Shown here one piece after another: positions 60,607-64,000 of a stretch of 64,000 nucleotides of DNA. The first letter of the stretch is position 1, and each line of letters begins with the position of its first letter. A model generated the notes under the pieces. It was not told the DNA's origin. It worked only from the letters and a program-made list of their open reading frames with translations, and did no database searches. This stretch comes from an uncultured Methanosarcinales archaeon. GTDB taxonomy: Archaea > Nanobdellota > Nanobdellia > Woesearchaeales > CALCXY01. The stretch is taken from NCBI GenBank assembly GCA_964385185.1, contig CAYLOA010000004.1, forward strand, positions 482 to 64,481, written 5' to 3'. A program made the position numbers and the translations under genes.

Positions 60607-61485
60607 TTATGCAGCCTCTGCTACAGCCTCATCAGTGCTTTCTTGAGAATCTTCTTCAGATTCTCCTTCTACTATTTCTTCTAATTCGTCGAGTTTATGT
60701 TCTGTAATTTCTCCGGTTTCTTCGTCAATAACATATACTGTATGGTTTTTGGTCTCTATCGTTTCTTTTGCATCTTCCAAAACTGATCCTTCATCATCTT
60801 CTGATGCTACATAGACAACATTTCCATCTTTTTTGATGACCATAGTGTTATATTCCAATCTTTCTTTGGATTCGACTTTACTTTTATTGTATGAACAGAT
60901 TATCACTGTTTTGTTTTCTCCTTTAATGTGGAGTATGAGGTTCATTGTCGAGTAATTCTCTGATTGTGCAACAATATCTCTGATAATAGTTTGTTCAAGG
61001 GCGTCCATGTTGTCTGATGAGTATCTAGTAAAATGATTGTTAAGGACATCCATAATTACTGCTGAATCACTTTTGTTATTTTTTTCAATTCCTTTTACAA
61101 ATCCATTATGGACACCTACTATGTGGTCTAAGTTGAACGGGTGTGTACTTATTTCATCTTTGTTTCCTGAAGTTGCAAATCTTGCATGCATGAGGCTAAC
61201 AGTAGGTTGATTGGGCAGTTGTTCAAGGATATTTTCTTTGCTTATATTGTAGATTGCATTTGAAAATCTTTCATGGATCTCTGTATCTCCCTTTATGTAG
61301 ATTCCACTACCGTCTCCGTGAATTAGTTTTTGAGATTGGTCCCATTTTGGTCCTCCTCCTAAATTTGCGTGAGTAAAGTCAGGACGGCCTTGTGCCATGT
61401 CTTTTAGATGATTAACTTGAGCATCAAGTTGTTGGTTGTTTAAGTAGGGTGCGCCTATTAAGATAGACATTCTACACATTTTCAA
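60607..61485 (-). CDS. Class-II (Ntn) glutamine amidotransferase-like protein with acidic C-terminal tail
   Basis: N-terminal MCRMSI... (Cys2 nucleophile after Met removal). Confidence 0.6.
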   Translation of the reverse strand: MKMCRMSILIGAPYLNNQQLDAQVNHLKDMAQGRPDFTHANLGGGPKWDQSQKLIHGDGSGIYIKGDTEIHERFSNAIYNISKENILEQLPNQPTVSLMHARFATSGNKDEISTHPFNLDHIVGVHNGFVKGIEKNNKSDSAVIMDVLNNHFTRYSSDNMDALEQTIIRDIVAQSENYSTMNLILHIKGENKTVIICSYNKSKVESKERLEYNTMVIKKDGNVVYVASEDDEGSVLEDAKETIETKNHTVYVIDEETGEITEHKLDELEEIVEGESEEDSQESTDEAVAEAA

Positions 61486-61565
61486 ACCTCCATACGCTAC
61501 TTAAGAGGATTAGAACTAAGTTGTTCGAGATAGGGGCAACCACTTTTATTATTATTATTCATTTC

Positions 61566-62210
61566 TTATTCCTCCATCACTGCAATTGCTTTTTTTGCTA
61601 ATTGAGTTAGTGAATCTACGTGAATTGCAGACGTAAGTGTGTTATGTAGAGTTGTACATCCAAGGATTATTGATTCTGCCCCTTTCTTTTTTAATTTGGC
61701 ACTTATTTTTTCTAGTCCTTTTGGTTTTTTACTATTAATGATTTGGATAATACACTTATCCAGTAGATGTTGATCTTTTTTTCCTAAAGTGATTATAGTT
61801 TTATTTGTTTTATTTTGGAATAAGTTTTGATTTATGGTAGTAGATGTCCCTAATAATCCAATTTTTTCTCCCCTTGTGCTGTCTAGTGTAATATCAATAA
61901 TATTTAGTAATGGAATATTACATTTTAATTCATCAAAGAAGCTATGAACAGTATTACAAGGTATGGCAATTACATTTGCACCTGCCTTGACTAATCTGTC
62001 TAAGGATTCTTGGACTAATCTTTTGTGATTTGTGTTTAGATTACCTTTTATGATAGATTCTTCATCCTTTTTTGGAATTGGAATATTATCTAGGATAATG
62101 TGTGGCTGTTCATTGGTTTTCTTTTTGACCAAATCGTTTATTTTGAGTAGGAATTTTGTAGCTGTTTCGCTATCTAACCCTCCTACGATTCCTAATGTTT
62201 TCTTTACCAT
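61566..62210 (-). CDS. Asp/Glu racemase family protein
   Basis: GIVGGLDSETA and ILGCTTL, the two catalytic Cys regions. Confidence 0.7.
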   Translation of the reverse strand: MVKKTLGIVGGLDSETATKFLLKINDLVKKKTNEQPHIILDNIPIPKKDEESIIKGNLNTNHKRLVQESLDRLVKAGANVIAIPCNTVHSFFDELKCNIPLLNIIDITLDSTRGEKIGLLGTSTTINQNLFQNKTNKTIITLGKKDQHLLDKCIIQIINSKKPKGLEKISAKLKKKGAESIILGCTTLHNTLTSAIHVDSLTQLAKKAIAVMEE

Positions 62211-62313
62211 TTTAGTTCAATAGTTAGAAGTGGGGGTTCGCTTATATAGATAACTGAATAATATTCAATAATTAAGCGATAATCTTATAAATAGTTGAAT
62301 ATTATTCAACTTT

Positions 62314-62763
62314 ATGAAGGATATAGGCAGTAAACTAGTGGATTTGTTTAAACAGGGGTATTGCACACCTCAAGTGGGTAGGATAGCTAAGCAGTTAAAA
62401 GAACCTAGTACAACGATTCATTACAATATTAAAAAGCTTGAGAAAGAGGAAAAGGTTAAGGCATATAAGGCTGTTTTTAATTATAAAAATATTGGAGAGG
62501 GTCATTGTGCTTATTTATTGGCCAATATTGCCAAGGATAAATATGGTGAGCCTGAGGACGTTGCACATGAGATTGCTAAAAGCAGTGATGTAGAGAGCGT
62601 TGATATCATTACTGGAGATTATGAGTTGATCATTAAATTACGTGTAGAAGATATTGATGCTTATTATGCTTGGACTAAGATGGCGATAAAGAAGTATGGT
62701 TTTTCCAAGATTATTAGTTTGACTAGTTTAAAACAGGTTAAGACTGAGTTTGTTATACTGTAA
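62314..62763 (+). CDS. lrp: Lrp/AsnC-family transcriptional regulator
   Basis: N-terminal HTH plus C-terminal RAM domain, 149 aa. Confidence 0.75.
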   Translation: MKDIGSKLVDLFKQGYCTPQVGRIAKQLKEPSTTIHYNIKKLEKEEKVKAYKAVFNYKNIGEGHCAYLLANIAKDKYGEPEDVAHEIAKSSDVESVDIITGDYELIIKLRVEDIDAYYAWTKMAIKKYGFSKIISLTSLKQVKTEFVIL

Positions 62764-62795
62764 GTTTTAAATAGTTCTTCTAGTTTTTATTTCTT

Positions 62796-62951
62796 ATGAA
62801 ATGTGAACTTTGTAAGAAAGCAATTGAAGAGACTTTTCTAAAGAAGATTCTAGGTACTGTTGTTAAGGATGAGAAAGGGAAGAAGCATTATGTTTGTTCT
62901 GCTTGTCAGAAGATTGTTGGTAGTAAGGACGAAATATTGAGTAAAATTTAA
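62796..62951 (+). CDS. Small zinc-ribbon protein (51 aa), below the track cutoff
   Basis: CELC...CSAC (CxxC-N29-CxxC). Confidence 0.35.
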   Translation: MKCELCKKAIEETFLKKILGTVVKDEKGKKHYVCSACQKIVGSKDEILSKI

Positions 62952-63790
62952 CTTTTCCCATACGTCTTCTTAATCAGTAAAGCATCCTTTTCAATATTTG
63001 GAGATTCAGAGACAACTACACCTTTCAGTTTAAACTCTTCCCAGACTTTGATTAAGTCTTTCCAGTTCATGTCACATTCTGGGAGATTGAGGTGTTTTTG
63101 TTCTCCTTTTTCTCCGTATTGAATACCTGAGAGGTGGATGTGCATATTATCTAATGCTGTTTTTCCCAGTTTTTTCTCCATTTTGGTCATCATCTCTCTC
63201 CATTCTTCGGTTGAGTTAAATCCACCATTATCTCGTGCATGGACGTGGGAGAAATCTACTACTGGGAGTGTGTTGGTTTCTTTACAGAGATTGAGCAGTT
63301 CATCAAAGGAGCCAAATTGTGAAGGTTTTCCTGTAGTTTCTGGTCTGACCCAAACATCTGTGATGTTTTTCTTTTTGAGTTCTTTGTCAATGTCAGCAAA
63401 TCTTTTGACCATGGTTTTGTAGACTTTTTTAGGATCCATTTTCATATAGAAACCTGCATGGTAGCAGACTGACCATCCCCCACACATTTGGAGAATTTCT
63501 GCAGATTTTACAATTCTGTGGATGGAGGCATATTTTTTTGCTGGTTCTAGAGAGTTTAGGTTGATGTAGAATGGTGCATGGCAGGTGAGGATGACATTGT
63601 TTTCCTCAGCTGCTTTTTTTATATCAGGAGCTTTCTCTGCTGTGGTATAGATAGAGTGTGTCCATTCAATTTCCATGGCATCAAGTCCAAGTTTTGCTAC
63701 ATGAGTTATTCCTGCTTCTGTTCCACTTTTTGGGGTGGATTTTGGTATTCCTGGATTGGCAAAGTATAATTTATCTGGTTTCCATTTCAT
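62948..63790 (-). CDS. nfo: Xylose-isomerase-like TIM-barrel protein, probably endonuclease IV (AP endonuclease family 2)
   Basis: CHAPFYINL and SHVHARD-type metal-ligand histidines. Confidence 0.5.
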   Translation of the reverse strand: MKWKPDKLYFANPGIPKSTPKSGTEAGITHVAKLGLDAMEIEWTHSIYTTAEKAPDIKKAAEENNVILTCHAPFYINLNSLEPAKKYASIHRIVKSAEILQMCGGWSVCYHAGFYMKMDPKKVYKTMVKRFADIDKELKKKNITDVWVRPETTGKPSQFGSFDELLNLCKETNTLPVVDFSHVHARDNGGFNSTEEWREMMTKMEKKLGKTALDNMHIHLSGIQYGEKGEQKHLNLPECDMNWKDLIKVWEEFKLKGVVVSESPNIEKDALLIKKTYGKS

Positions 63791-63825
63791 GTGTAGTCCT
63801 CATTTTGTTCTTATTCTATTTAACT

Positions 63826-64000
63826 TATTCGTATCGTAAAGTTATCTCACTTCGTTCGAAACTTTACAATACTCGTTTCACTCGTACCTTAAAGTTATCT
63901 CACTTCGTTCGAAGCTTTAAGATACTCATTTCATTCGTATCGTAAAGTTATCTCACTTCGTTCGAAGCTTTAAGATACTCGTTTCACTCGTACCTTAAAG
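63826..64000. repeat. Tandem direct repeat, 53-nt unit, at least 3.3 copies, running off the window edge
   Basis: Units at 63829, 63882, 63935, 63988, in two alternating variants (TCGTATCGTAAAG... / TCGTACCTTAAAG...). Confidence 0.8.

Noticed and set aside
63826-64000. Possible CRISPR array
   Set aside because: The would-be spacers are about 80% identical between units. The whole 53-nt unit repeats, which is tandem-repeat rather than repeat-spacer structure. No cas genes are nearby.

Overview
This is an AT-rich archaeal chromosomal segment (GC roughly mid-30s %). It has the look of a small-genome, DPANN-like archaeon: dense, short genes and intron-containing tRNAs.

Most of the window is housekeeping:
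- Replication and topology: family-B DNA polymerase, PCNA, archaeal DnaG, GyrA, Topo VI A/B, ScpB.
- A thymidylate-cycle neighbourhood: ribH, dut, then glyA-thyA-folA.
- A ribosomal block: S13-S4-S11-RpoD-tRNA-L18e-L13-S9-RpoN.
- Other core functions: LeuRS, TrpRS, ABCE1, RIO kinase with a KH protein, split transketolase, RNase J, NAC, TrmI.

The ORF track leaves several elements unexplained:
1. A 508-codon cysteine-rich secreted-protein ORF at the left edge (minus strand, 1..1525) that is absent from the track.
2. RNase P RNA (~26975..27320, +) and SRP RNA (~37686..37966, -), each behind a near-identical CTTTATAAAC TATA element.
3. Five tRNAs: His, Cys, Leu(GAG) with a canonical 15-nt intron, an Arg(TCT) with an apparent non-canonical D-loop intron, and a class-II tRNA with a ~80-nt intron.
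4. A LAGLIDADG intein in GyrA at the Mxe-GyrA site, plus a free-standing LAGLIDADG ORF next to leuS.
5. A family of 7-bp-stem ACA-triloop palindromes, one identical copy pair.
6. A 53-nt tandem repeat running off the right edge.
7. Several gene sets of unclear function: three tandem paralogous coiled-coil genes (one with a long Pro-rich linker); a tandem paralog pair next to tRNA-His; a racemase / Ntn-amidotransferase / GCS2-ligase cluster; a PPIase-thioredoxin fusion; a voltage-sensor-only membrane protein.

All product calls come from motif recognition by eye. No database search or folding program was run.
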